The notes under the pieces were generated by a model that searched no databases, was not told where the DNA came from, and saw only the letters and a program-made list of their open reading frames with translations. A stretch of DNA of 64,000 nt from an uncultured Oscillospiraceae bacterium (GTDB lineage Bacteria > Bacillota > Clostridia > Oscillospirales > Ruminococcaceae), in NCBI GenBank assembly GCA_964462175.1, contig CAYWXA010000001.1:9251-73250 (forward strand), read 5' to 3'. A program made the translations under genes and the position numbers. Positions 28,797 to 37,767 of this stretch are shown here, piece by piece; within the stretch, counting starts at the first letter, position 1; the number at the start of each line of letters is the position of its first letter.

Positions 28797-29447
28797 CTAT
28801 TTTTTGAGAACAAACTTCGATTCCGAATGGCTGATAAGGCGTTTGACGTTCGGCATATGACGCCAGAAACACAAAACACCGACAGCAAGAGCGATCAACG
28901 TATGAATCCAGACGTTCTCATACGTTCCGCCGAAATATGCGTTTGAAACTGTCTGCCAGATAAGCGTATATAACGGATAGCCGAAGCAGCAGGCAATTGA
29001 GCCGACGGAGATATATCTCGTTATTGCGACAAGCACGACAAACATTACAAACTCGCAAAGAAATACAGCAGGATCAATAGCAAGCATACAAACGCCTGCA
29101 ACCAAAATCCCCTTTCCGCCGTGGAATTTATAAAATACGGGGAAAACGTGACCCAAAACGGCAAACAGCGCCGCCAATCCGCAAGCAGTTATCACATCGT
29201 GATCCGAATATGAAAACCAGCCGGTAATAAACAGGAGTCTTGCAAGGAAAACGACCAAAAAGCCTTTGCAGATGTCAAAAAGCAATGTCAGTCCGGCAGC
29301 GGCTTTACCAAAGCAACGGTAAACGTTGGTAAGCCCTGCATTTTTACTTCCGTAATCCCGAACGTCCTTTCCTGAAACGATAAACGTGGCGATTATAGCC
29401 GAATTAAGACTTCCAATCAAATATGAAAGCACAAGGACTATCATCAA
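28797..29447 (-). CDS. plsY: glycerol-3-phosphate acyltransferase PlsY
   Basis: YLIGSLNSAI.., GSKNAGLTNVYR, HVFPVFYKFHGGKG motifs. Confidence 0.92.
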   Translation of the reverse strand: MMIVLVLSYLIGSLNSAIIATFIVSGKDVRDYGSKNAGLTNVYRCFGKAAAGLTLLFDICKGFLVVFLARLLFITGWFSYSDHDVITACGLAALFAVLGHVFPVFYKFHGGKGILVAGVCMLAIDPAVFLCEFVMFVVLVAITRYISVGSIACCFGYPLYTLIWQTVSNAYFGGTYENVWIHTLIALAVGVLCFWRHMPNVKRLISHSESKFVLKK

Positions 29448-29479
29448 CGCAAGATTAAACGTAAATATGCATCCTTTCT

Positions 29480-30814
29480 TTATTTCGTGTCTTGATTATC
29501 TCTTTCTCTGACAACAAATCTAATAGGCGTGCCGTCAAGACCGCCGAAAACCTCTCTGATCTGATTCTCAAGATATCTCTTGTATGAGAAGTGGAACAGA
29601 TCCATCGAGTTGACAAACGTTACGAACGTAGGCGGGTTGGTCGTCGGCTGGGTCATATAGTAGATCTTCAAGCGTCTGCCCTTGTCGGACGGAGGCTGAA
29701 CCCTGTTAACGGCGTATGCTAAAATATCGTTGAGCTTGCCCGTCGAGATACGCATTGAGTTGTTGGCATATACGGCGTTGACAAGATCAAATATCTTATC
29801 CAAACGCTGACCTGTCTTTGCGGAAACAAAGAGAAAAGGAACGTAGTCCATAAACCCGAGATTTTCTTTCAGGTCTTTGGTGAATTCATTCATCGTGTTT
29901 GTTTCCTTCTCGATTGCATCCCACTTGTTGACGCAAACGATGCATCCTTTGCCCTGCTCGTGTGCATATCCGGCAACCTTGGAGTCCTGGTCGGTGAAAC
30001 CAACGGAAGCATCAATTACGATTATCGCAACATCCGCCCGATCAACCGCCATATACGAGCGCAAAACGCTGTAATGCTCAATGCTTTCAAGGATCTTCGA
30101 TTTCTTTCTGATACCGGCAGTATCAATGAAAACGTACTTGCCGTATTCATTTTCGATCACCGTATCGGTAGCATCACGGGTAGTACCTGCAACGTCGGAT
30201 ACTATTACACGTTCCTCGCCTGCAATAGCGTTGATTATTGATGACTTACCGACGTTAGGCTTGCCGATGATCGCAACCTTGATGTGATCATCCTCTTCTT
30301 CATGTTCGCAATCTTCGGGAAGGCTCTTAACGACTTCGTCCAGAAGGTCGCCCGTTCCGTAGCCGTGAACGGAAGAAACCTCGATCGGATCACCGAGACC
30401 CAGATTATAGAACTCGTAAAACTCAGGCAACGGGTCACCGAGCTGATCGCACTTGTTTACGCACAAAACGATAGGCTTGCCCGATTTCATAAGCATTGCC
30501 GCAACGTCATAGTCTGTTGCGGTGACGCCGCATCTGACGTCGGTAACCAAAACGATGACGTCAGCCTTTGTGATAGCGACTTCGGCTTGCTTACGCATCT
30601 GAACCAGTATCTTATCATCCGATGCAGGCTCGATACCGCCCGTATCTACGAGCATAAATTCGTGCCCGCACCATTCGCATTTAGCGTAAATTCTGTCGCG
30701 GGTGACACCGGGGGTATCCTCGACGATCGATAAACGCTGACCTATAAGCTTGTTGAAAAGAGTAGACTTACCGACGTTAGGCCGTCCTACAACTGCAACA
30801 ACGGGTAATGCCAT
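29480..30814 (-). CDS. der: ribosome biogenesis GTPase Der (EngA)
   Basis: Two G domains (GRPNVGKST, GKPNVGKSS) plus a KH-like C-terminus. ATG 30814 follows AAGGAGGAG. Confidence 0.95.
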   Translation of the reverse strand: MALPVVAVVGRPNVGKSTLFNKLIGQRLSIVEDTPGVTRDRIYAKCEWCGHEFMLVDTGGIEPASDDKILVQMRKQAEVAITKADVIVLVTDVRCGVTATDYDVAAMLMKSGKPIVLCVNKCDQLGDPLPEFYEFYNLGLGDPIEVSSVHGYGTGDLLDEVVKSLPEDCEHEEEDDHIKVAIIGKPNVGKSSIINAIAGEERVIVSDVAGTTRDATDTVIENEYGKYVFIDTAGIRKKSKILESIEHYSVLRSYMAVDRADVAIIVIDASVGFTDQDSKVAGYAHEQGKGCIVCVNKWDAIEKETNTMNEFTKDLKENLGFMDYVPFLFVSAKTGQRLDKIFDLVNAVYANNSMRISTGKLNDILAYAVNRVQPPSDKGRRLKIYYMTQPTTNPPTFVTFVNSMDLFHFSYKRYLENQIREVFGGLDGTPIRFVVRERDNQDTK

Positions 30815-30857
30815 ACCTGTCTCCTCCTTTTCTATCATATAAAAAATAAATTATTTG

Positions 30858-30889
30858 TAAAAAAATAGAGAAGGATCACTCCTTCTCTA
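30858..30889 (-). terminator. rho-independent terminator after rpmF
   Basis: AGAGAAGGA / TCCTTCTCT stem, followed by a U-run on the minus strand. Confidence 0.8.
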
Positions 30890-30903
30890 AGTTTTGAAGA
30901 AGC

Positions 30904-31086
30904 TTAAGCTTCTTTCTTGATAACTTCTACGCCCTTGTAGTAACCACAGTTGCTGCAAACCTTGTGAGGGGAAGTGAGCGAACCGCAATTAGTACATCTG
31001 CTGAGTGCGGGAGTATCGAGCTTCCAAACGTTTGAACGTCTCTTATCTCTTCTGGCCTTGGAGACCTTTCTCTTTGGTACTGCCAT
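30904..31086 (-). CDS. rpmF: 50S ribosomal protein L32
   Basis: MAVPKRKVSKARRDKRR..CTNCG..HKVCSNCGYY. Confidence 0.95.
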   Translation of the reverse strand: MAVPKRKVSKARRDKRRSNVWKLDTPALSRCTNCGSLTSPHKVCSNCGYYKGVEVIKKEA

Positions 31087-31139
31087 CCTTGGGCACCTCC
31101 TCTTTGAGAATTATAATAGATTTTACTGCTGCCGCATAA

Positions 31140-31595
31140 TTACTCGCAGCATCCGCAATCACCGTGATTTAGGTTTTTGCCGCAAACGTAGCATAAACCC
31201 TTGCAGTCTTCATTGCATAACACCTTAGTAGGCAGCTGCAACAGCAAATCGGAAATTGCCAACTCATTCAGATCGAGAGTGTTGTCCGGACAGACGATAT
31301 ATTCATATTCGTCATTATCCGAAGCGGTGTTTTTAACCAGAATGTGATCCTGATTCAAAACATACTCACGGTCAAATTCGTTAAGACATCTGTCGCAAAG
31401 ATGACGGATGGTAAAGCGCATGGTGTAGTCGAGTGTAACTACTCCCGCACGGTTTTCAACCGTACCGCAAAGCGAAACAGGCGTAATAAATTCTCCGTAT
31501 GCACTATGCTCCCCAAATTCCTCTAAAGGGATATCATAGTTGATTTCTTTCTTGTCGCCTTCCCTATTGAAAAGCTGTCTAAGTTGAAGTAACAC
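31140..31595 (-). CDS. YceD/DUF177 family protein
   Basis: Conserved position upstream of rpmF. C-terminal CxxxCxGLCxxCGxNLN...C motif (CNEDCKGLCYVCGKNLNHGDCGC). Confidence 0.85.
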   Translation of the reverse strand: MLLQLRQLFNREGDKKEINYDIPLEEFGEHSAYGEFITPVSLCGTVENRAGVVTLDYTMRFTIRHLCDRCLNEFDREYVLNQDHILVKNTASDNDEYEYIVCPDNTLDLNELAISDLLLQLPTKVLCNEDCKGLCYVCGKNLNHGDCGCCE

Positions 31596-31620
31596 ATTAC
31601 ACCTCAGAATATCACATTAT

Positions 31621-31649
31621 ATTATACTTACCACGAAATGAAATGTCAA
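31621..31649 (-). promoter_or_regulatory. consensus sigma-A promoter for yceD-rpmF
   Basis: Minus strand: TTGACA (31649-31644), 17-nt spacer, TATAAT (31626-31621). Confidence 0.65.
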
Positions 31650-31687
31650 TATTTTTCGGAAAATTTCTTGAAATACTGACATTTCAT
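31638..31687. repeat. 17-nt inverted repeat (1 mismatch) spanning the -35 of the yceD promoter
   Basis: ATGAAATGTCAATATTT (31638-31654) versus the reverse complement of 31671-31687, ATGAAATGTCAGTATTT. 16-nt spacer. Confidence 0.7.
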
Positions 31688-31740
31688 CATAATTATTCGA
31701 TTGAACCGGTCACAAATAAAGCAGATTCACGAAAGGAAAA

Positions 31741-32145
31741 TTACTTTATGTACTTTGTAACGCATTCGGGAAGATTTTCTACGTCTTCAGAAACCGTGAT
31801 AACGACGTTGATATCCTTTGCGATAGCATCAGCAGCATCCAGCAAAGCAGCAAGCTCATCATAGTTTCTGCCGCCGATCTTGAGGATACCGTCAACGAAG
31901 ATATCGGAAATATCGTAGTTGCTTGCAACAGTACCGCTGAAGAAGCCGTAGAACTTGTCATAGCTGTCGATCTTGTATTCGTCAACGTCAACAAGACGAA
32001 CGCTTGAAGGAATATTATAAGTAAGCTGCATGGACTTTTCAATGCAGACAACGCTGCCGTTGGTGCTTGCAGCTGCTTCCTTGATCATATCGACCAAAAC
32101 CTTGGTCTTGCCGGATCCTCTTTTACCAGTTATTAACTTAATCAT
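31741..32145 (-). CDS. small P-loop ATPase-like protein (134 aa), function unknown
   Basis: N-terminal ITGKRGSGKTKVLV Walker A. No further family assignment. Confidence 0.6.
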   Translation of the reverse strand: MIKLITGKRGSGKTKVLVDMIKEAAASTNGSVVCIEKSMQLTYNIPSSVRLVDVDEYKIDSYDKFYGFFSGTVASNYDISDIFVDGILKIGGRNYDELAALLDAADAIAKDINVVITVSEDVENLPECVTKYIK

Positions 32146-32221
32146 AATAACACTCCGTTTCCGCCCTCGCGGGCTAATTGTGATTATTCCAGACCGATCT
32201 AACGGTCATTGGAGCCGAATT

Positions 32222-33556
32222 TTACTTGGAGAGCTTTTCCTCAAGCTCTGCCTTGCGGGATTCATATCCCGGTTTGCCCAAAAGTGCAAACATATTTTTC
32301 TTGTAGCTTTCAACGCCAGGCTGGTCGAAGGGGTTAACGCCCAGCATATAACCGGAGATTGCACAAGCCTTTTCAAAGAAGTAGACCATTTCGCCGAAGT
32401 TATATTCATCGAGCTTGTCCACTTCGATTACGATATTGGGAACGCCGCCCTCGGTATGAGCAAGAATTGTTCCTTCCATCGCCTTGCGGTTAACAACAGA
32501 CATATTCTGATTGGTCAAGAAGTTGAGTCCGTCAAGGTTTTCGGCATCGTCTTCAAGGAAGAGGTCCTGCTTGGGGGCCTTGATATCAACGACTGTTTCG
32601 AACATGATTCTGGAACCGTCCTGAACGAACTGACCCAAAGAGTGCAGGTCGGTGGAGAAGGTTGCACTTGCAGGGAAAATACCCTTCTGATCCTTACCTT
32701 CGCTTTCGCCGAAGAGCTGTTTGAACCACTCAGCCATCATGCCGAATGCAGGGTCATAAGACACGAGCATTTCAACGCTCTTGCCCTTGCGGTACAAGAT
32801 ATTTCTCAAAGCTGCATACTTGTAGCAGTCGTTCATATCGTCCTTGGAATAGGTCTCTCTTGCAGCCTGTGCGCCAGCCATGATGGCATCAATGTCGCAT
32901 CCTGCAACAGCGATGGGCAAAAGACCTACAGCGGTGAGTACGGAATATCTTCCTCCGACATCATCGGCAATTACGAAGGTCTCATATCCTTCGGTGTTAG
33001 AGAGTTCCTTGAGGGTTCCTCTTGACTTGTCGGTGGTTGCAAAAATTCTGTTCTTTGCCTCTTCCTTGCCGTATTTATCCTCAAGAAGCTTCTTGAAGAT
33101 TCTGAAAGCAAGAGCAGGCTCGGTGGTGGTGCCCGACTTGGAGATTACGTTAACGCAAATGTCCTTGCCTTCACAGATGGAAAGAATTTCGTTAAGGTAA
33201 GTGGGGCTGATGTTGTTGCCGACGAAGTAAATGTCGGGGGTGTCCTTTTTGAGGTTGTTATAGAAGGGGCTCTTCAAAAGCTCGATAGCGGCACGCGCAC
33301 CGAGATATGAGCCGCCGATTCCGATAACGATTAAAATATCGGCCTTTGCTTTGATTTTTTCGGCTGCAGCCTTGATTCTCTCGAATTCTTCCTTATCGTA
33401 GTTCACGGGAAGGTCTACCCAACCGAGAAAATCATTGCCCGCACCCGATCTTGATTCAACAAGATTGTGTGCCAGGGTAATCTGATCGCGGCAAGCGTCA
33501 TATTCATGAGCGCCGACGAACTTATCAGTATACTTTGTCACCAATTTGATCGACAT
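32222..33556 (-). CDS. pgi: glucose-6-phosphate isomerase
   Basis: 444 aa. [28 protein letters not shown] motifs. Confidence 0.95.
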   Translation of the reverse strand: MSIKLVTKYTDKFVGAHEYDACRDQITLAHNLVESRSGAGNDFLGWVDLPVNYDKEEFERIKAAAEKIKAKADILIVIGIGGSYLGARAAIELLKSPFYNNLKKDTPDIYFVGNNISPTYLNEILSICEGKDICVNVISKSGTTTEPALAFRIFKKLLEDKYGKEEAKNRIFATTDKSRGTLKELSNTEGYETFVIADDVGGRYSVLTAVGLLPIAVAGCDIDAIMAGAQAARETYSKDDMNDCYKYAALRNILYRKGKSVEMLVSYDPAFGMMAEWFKQLFGESEGKDQKGIFPASATFSTDLHSLGQFVQDGSRIMFETVVDIKAPKQDLFLEDDAENLDGLNFLTNQNMSVVNRKAMEGTILAHTEGGVPNIVIEVDKLDEYNFGEMVYFFEKACAISGYMLGVNPFDQPGVESYKKNMFALLGKPGYESRKAELEEKLSK

Positions 33557-33594
33557 CTATGTCATTTCCTCTCTGATGTTTTATTTGTAAATTC

Positions 33595-33623
33595 ATTTTA
33601 ACACAATACGGACGATATTGCAA
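33595..33623 (-). promoter_or_regulatory. sigma-A promoter (extended -10) for pgi
   Basis: Minus strand: TTGCAA, 17-nt spacer ending in TGT, TAAAAT. Confidence 0.6.
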
Positions 33624-33655
33624 GAAAATTTCGAGAAAAATATGCGAATCTTTTA

Positions 33656-34777
33656 TCACATTTTTATAAGCTGCAAAAATAACTTTTTAAATGCGGAGAA
33701 AAAGCTGATCTTTTCTGTCGGCTCCTTTGCTGAGATCGGCGCAGAATATATCTCCTCGCCGTCAAGCGTATATACTATTCTGCCGACGGCATCGCCTTCT
33801 TTGATAGGTGCGGTAATGCCGTCGAAATATTCGGCGTGAACCTCCACGTCACCTTCCCTGCTCTTTCTTATGATGAATTTTCCCAAGTCGCCCACATATG
33901 TTTCAAGCTCATTTTTAACGCCCTTTGAAACCTTGACGGGTCGGCAGTATATATCGGTTGCTTTAGGTCGGTAGAGCATATACGCAGAAAAGCCGACGGT
34001 CATTTTCTCCTTGGCTGTTGCAAACTGTGCGTCCTTTTCCTGCTCACCTATTATAACACATATCATTGTCAGATCTTCTCTTTTTGCGGAGGCGACAACG
34101 CAGTTGCCTAAGGTTGCGGTGCTAAACGCTTTCATTCCCGTAATTCCGTTATACGTTCTTACGAGCTTATTATTGTTTACAAGCTGTGCCTCGCCGTCAC
34201 GGACGTATGTAAGCCACGTCGTGAAGTATTCGGTCAGCTCATCATAGCGGGAAAGCTCGCTTGCTAAAATTGCAAGGTCGCAGGCGGTGGTATATGAACC
34301 TTCAGCCAAGCCTGTTGAATCGGCATAATAAGTCCGGCTCATTCCAAGCTCTTTTGCCCGCTGATTCATAAGCGCAACAAAGGCTTCTTCAGTTCCCGAA
34401 ACAGCCTCTGCCAGACAAACGCAGGCGTCGTTGGCATTACCCACGGTTATGGACGTTATCAGCTCACTGACAGCAATTTTTTCACCTACACGAAGCCAGA
34501 TCTGCGGATCGGGCATTGAATTGGCGTGATCCGATACGGTCACAACGGTATCAAATGAAAGCTCTCCCCTTTCGATCACTTCAACTGCAAGGAGCAAAGT
34601 CATCAGCTTTGAAAAGTGATACGGTTCAAAAACATAGTTCCCGTTGTCGGCATACAGAAGTGTTGCCGTTGAACCTTCCATTAAGACGTATGAATAAGAC
34701 GGTGATGCACTTTCTTCGGCTACAACTGATACCGTCAATAAAATGATCGAGATAAATATACACAAAAGCTTTTTCAT
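33656..34777 (-). CDS. D-alanyl-D-alanine carboxypeptidase (S11/PBP5) homologue with degenerate active-site motifs
   Basis: Signal peptide MKKLLCIFISIILLTVSVVA. Colinear with DacF/PBP5. SxxK is HFSK, SxN is NAN, KTG is ITG. Start ATG 34777 follows GGAGGA. Confidence 0.75.
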   Translation of the reverse strand: MKKLLCIFISIILLTVSVVAEESASPSYSYVLMEGSTATLLYADNGNYVFEPYHFSKLMTLLLAVEVIERGELSFDTVVTVSDHANSMPDPQIWLRVGEKIAVSELITSITVGNANDACVCLAEAVSGTEEAFVALMNQRAKELGMSRTYYADSTGLAEGSYTTACDLAILASELSRYDELTEYFTTWLTYVRDGEAQLVNNNKLVRTYNGITGMKAFSTATLGNCVVASAKREDLTMICVIIGEQEKDAQFATAKEKMTVGFSAYMLYRPKATDIYCRPVKVSKGVKNELETYVGDLGKFIIRKSREGDVEVHAEYFDGITAPIKEGDAVGRIVYTLDGEEIYSAPISAKEPTEKISFFSAFKKLFLQLIKM

Positions 34778-34877
34778 TATTTCCTCCACAGCCGTTTTTA
34801 GTATTCTATTTTATAGACAGCGAAAAAATGATAGCTTGTGCGTGGTTGAAAAAACTTATGATGTGTGGTAAAATCAT

Positions 34878-34909
34878 AAAAAGAAAAGCCCCTCCGAACT
34901 TGGAGAGGC
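34878..34909 (-). terminator. rho-independent terminator after the HPr-like gene
   Basis: Minus strand: GCCUCUCC-AAGUUC-GGAGGGGC followed by UUUUCUUUUU. Confidence 0.75.
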
Positions 34910-34938
34910 TGACATATTCGAGAATTACTCGGCGCCGC

Positions 34939-35169
34939 TTACTTGATAAGGAAGTCGGCGATCTGGTCCATGAAATCACGAGAGTCATCGGTGTGAGCTC
35001 TGAGTTCGATGGGCTTGCTGAGGTCAAGGCTGAATATGCCCATGATGGATTTTGCATCAATAGCGTATCTTCCGGAAATGAGGTCAACATCGTAATCACA
35101 AAGAGATACGCAGTTGACAAATTTCTTGACGTCATTGATTGTTTCAAGTTTGATCATTACAGAATTCAT
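34939..35169 (-). CDS. HPr-family (PTS phosphocarrier-like) protein lacking His15
   Basis: 76 aa. The AIDAKSIMGIFSLDL segment matches the HPr Ser46 region. There is no GxHARPA/His15 motif. Confidence 0.7.
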   Translation of the reverse strand: MNSVMIKLETINDVKKFVNCVSLCDYDVDLISGRYAIDAKSIMGIFSLDLSKPIELRAHTDDSRDFMDQIADFLIK

Positions 35170-35217
35170 TACAAATAACCTCCTAATAATATGAATTTGC
35201 TAATACTCTGCAAGTTC

Positions 35218-35246
35218 AATATAGCAGTTATAGCCAAAATTGTCAA
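35218..35246 (-). promoter_or_regulatory. sigma-A promoter for the HPr-like gene
   Basis: Minus strand: TTGACA, 17-nt spacer, TATATT. Confidence 0.6.
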
Positions 35247-35300
35247 TAGTTTTTTGTATATCATTTCTAATAATTTTTCACAATTCACGAGGAATAAATT

Positions 35301-36581
35301 ATGCACGTTTATTATCACACCTTCGGTTGCAAGGTAAATCAGTATGAAACCGAAAATATCCGTCAAACGATGGAGCTATCGGGACACGCAAGTGTCAATA
35401 GACCTGAACAAGCTGACGTTTGCATTATAAACACCTGCACCGTCACCCAAGAAGCAGACCGCAAGCTGACCCAGCTTGTAAACAAAATTAGGCGAGTTAA
35501 CCCCGAAGGGATAATCGTTATGTGCGGATGCTACTCACAGGTGAATGAAAATGCAAGTCTGCTTGCCGATATCGTTGTCGGAGCATCGAATAAGTCGAGT
35601 ATACCGCAGCTTATTGCGGAATTTAAGTCGCAGAAAATGACCGAGGTTTTGCCGCATTTTAAAGGCGAAGTCTTTGAAACAATGGCAATCGTCGGGTCGG
35701 TGAGAAAGACAAGAGCGGTAATTAAAATTCAAGACGGTTGCGACCGTTTTTGCACCTATTGTATAATCCCATATGCCAGAGGAAGGGCACGCTCGAAACC
35801 GCTTGATGAGATCGAAGCGGAAGCAAGGGCGTTGGTTGAAGCGGGACACAAAGAGCTTGACCTCGTTGGCATAAACCTTTCCTGCTATGGTCAGGATCTT
35901 GGTTTGAACATTGCCGATGCGGTTGAGAGAGTCTGCAAGACAAGCGGCGCTGACAGAGTTCGGCTCGGCTCGCTTGAAGCGGAGCTTCTTGGCGAAGAAA
36001 TAATTGAGCGACTTGCAAAACTTGTTAACTTCTGTCCGCATTTTCATCTGTCGTTTCAAAGCGGATGCGACAAAACCCTTCGGGAAATGGGCAGAAAGTA
36101 TGACAAGGCGGAATACTTTACAATTGTCAGTAATATAAGAAAGCATTTCCCTGAATGTGCGATCACCACGGATATTATGGTTGGTTTCCCGGGCGAAACC
36201 GACGACGACTTCAATGAGTCGCTTGAATTTGTTAAATCAGTAGGATTTGCCGACGGTCACATCTTCCCCTATTCACCAAGAGAGGGAACCGTTGCATCGA
36301 AACGAAGCGACCAGATTGAGCAAAGCGTTAAGAATCACCGTGCGAAGATATTGAGCGATGCGATATGCGAGTCAAGAAAGGCTTTTCTCAATAGTATGGT
36401 CGGCAAGAGGGCCAAGGTTCTGTTTGAAAAAGAGAAGGATGCCCTGTGGCATATCGGGCATACTGAGAATTATGTTGTCGTAAAGGTTAAACGCTTTACA
36501 GATACGTTGAGGTATGAAATCAAGGATGTCACTATCACCGAAACGGACGGAACGGTTTGTTACGGTGAAATAGCCGAGTGA
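35301..36581 (+). CDS. mtaB: tRNA (N6-threonylcarbamoyladenosine37-C2)-methylthiotransferase
   Basis: N-terminal TFGCKVNQYE, radical SAM CDRFCTYCIIP, C-terminal TRAM-like region. 426 aa. Confidence 0.88.
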   Translation: MHVYYHTFGCKVNQYETENIRQTMELSGHASVNRPEQADVCIINTCTVTQEADRKLTQLVNKIRRVNPEGIIVMCGCYSQVNENASLLADIVVGASNKSSIPQLIAEFKSQKMTEVLPHFKGEVFETMAIVGSVRKTRAVIKIQDGCDRFCTYCIIPYARGRARSKPLDEIEAEARALVEAGHKELDLVGINLSCYGQDLGLNIADAVERVCKTSGADRVRLGSLEAELLGEEIIERLAKLVNFCPHFHLSFQSGCDKTLREMGRKYDKAEYFTIVSNIRKHFPECAITTDIMVGFPGETDDDFNESLEFVKSVGFADGHIFPYSPREGTVASKRSDQIEQSVKNHRAKILSDAICESRKAFLNSMVGKRAKVLFEKEKDALWHIGHTENYVVVKVKRFTDTLRYEIKDVTITETDGTVCYGEIAE

Positions 36582-36611
36582 TCGTTGTTGATTAAGGAGC
36601 GCTGTCCAAGC

Positions 36612-36648
36612 AAAAGTGCGGTTCCGAATTCGGAGCCGCACTTTCTTT
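36612..36648. terminator. bidirectional terminator
   Basis: AAAGTGCGGTTCCG / CGGAGCCGCACTTT stem around an AATT loop, followed by a T-run. Confidence 0.8.
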
Positions 36649-37767
36649 TTAGTTGAAATACATATATAGGTTGCACTTGAGCATTCCGTTATACAGCTTG
36701 CGCTTTTTATCTGCTTTTTTGCCGAACAAGGTTTCAAAATCCTCGTGAGGTGAGATAATATAGCAAGGATTCTCACGGTCGGGTCGCAAGACCTGACCCA
36801 TCTTCTTATATAGCTCTTCAGCTTCTTTAAGTTCGAGCATTCTCTCGCCGTAAGGCGGATTACAAATCGTTATTGCGCCTTTAACGGGAACGTGGTTTAT
36901 AATATCACGCTGAGCAACCTCAATTCTCGGCAAAACACCTGCAGTTTTGGCATTGGATATTGAAAGATCAACCGCAAACGGGTCGATATCAAAGCCATAT
37001 CCCTTGAACTGAGATTCCTTTGAAATTGAATCGAGCGCCAATGAACGCTGTTCACGCCAGATCTCCTCGGGAATAATGCTCCAGCTTTGCGCCACAAACT
37101 TTCGTCTGAGACCGGGTGCCAATCTCAATGCTTTATATGCCGATTCGATCAAAAGCGTTCCGCTTCCGCACATCGGGTCAACAACGACGCTGTCGCTTCG
37201 CACGTGAGCCAGATCTATTATGCCCGCTGCAAGTGTCTCCTTGATCGGTGCATCGTTTGAAGTTTTGCGGTATCCCCTCTTGTGCAAGCCGGGGCCCGTC
37301 GTGTCGATATAAACGGTTACAACGTCTTTTAAGATGTTGAACTGTATCTGATAAAGTGCGCCGGTTTCTTCAAATCGGCTGATGCCATAGACTTTTTCGA
37401 GCCGTTTTACACAGGCTTTTTTAATTATCGACTGACAGTCGGGAATGCTGTGAAGCTGCGATTTCAAAGAGTGACCTTTAACGGGAAACTTGTCGTATTT
37501 GCCGATATACCTCTCCAACGGCAAAGCTCTTACGCCTTCGAACAGCTCATCAAAAGTTTTAGCGGTAAAAGAACCAAGTTCGATCAAAACTCTTTCTGCC
37601 GAAGCCAGAAAGATATTTGCCCTTGCGATCATTGACATATCCCCGTTAAAGGAAATCCTTCCGTCACTGACTGCAAGATCTTCTCCGCCGATCTTCTTGA
37701 TCTCAAATGATAACACGCTTTCCAAACCGAAATGGCAGGGACAGCACAGCCTTATTTTGTCGTTCAT
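36649..37767 (-). CDS. THUMP-domain class I SAM-dependent RNA methyltransferase (RlmL/YpsC-like)
   Basis: THUMP-like N-terminus, DPMCGSGTLLIE SAM motif, NPPYGER catalytic motif. ATG 37767 overlaps the PBP stop by 1 nt. Confidence 0.85.
   Translation of the reverse strand: MNDKIRLCCPCHFGLESVLSFEIKKIGGEDLAVSDGRISFNGDMSMIARANIFLASAERVLIELGSFTAKTFDELFEGVRALPLERYIGKYDKFPVKGHSLKSQLHSIPDCQSIIKKACVKRLEKVYGISRFEETGALYQIQFNILKDVVTVYIDTTGPGLHKRGYRKTSNDAPIKETLAAGIIDLAHVRSDSVVVDPMCGSGTLLIESAYKALRLAPGLRRKFVAQSWSIIPEEIWREQRSLALDSISKESQFKGYGFDIDPFAVDLSISNAKTAGVLPRIEVAQRDIINHVPVKGAITICNPPYGERMLELKEAEELYKKMGQVLRPDRENPCYIISPHEDFETLFGKKADKKRKLYNGMLKCNLYMYFN

Noticed and set aside
27797-28888. N-terminal extensions given by the ORF track (for example gpsA to 28888, and also dxr, der, pyrH, ftsK, rsmA, tsf, the MBL gene and the C_GCAxxG gene)
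   Set aside because: The extended starts lack an SD, overlap upstream genes, or add residues absent from the conserved N-termini. Internal starts with good SD spacing were preferred.
32030-33025. 331-aa ORF on the plus strand
   Set aside because: It is antisense to pgi and to the small P-loop gene. It has no recognisable motifs and no SD, so it is a shadow ORF.
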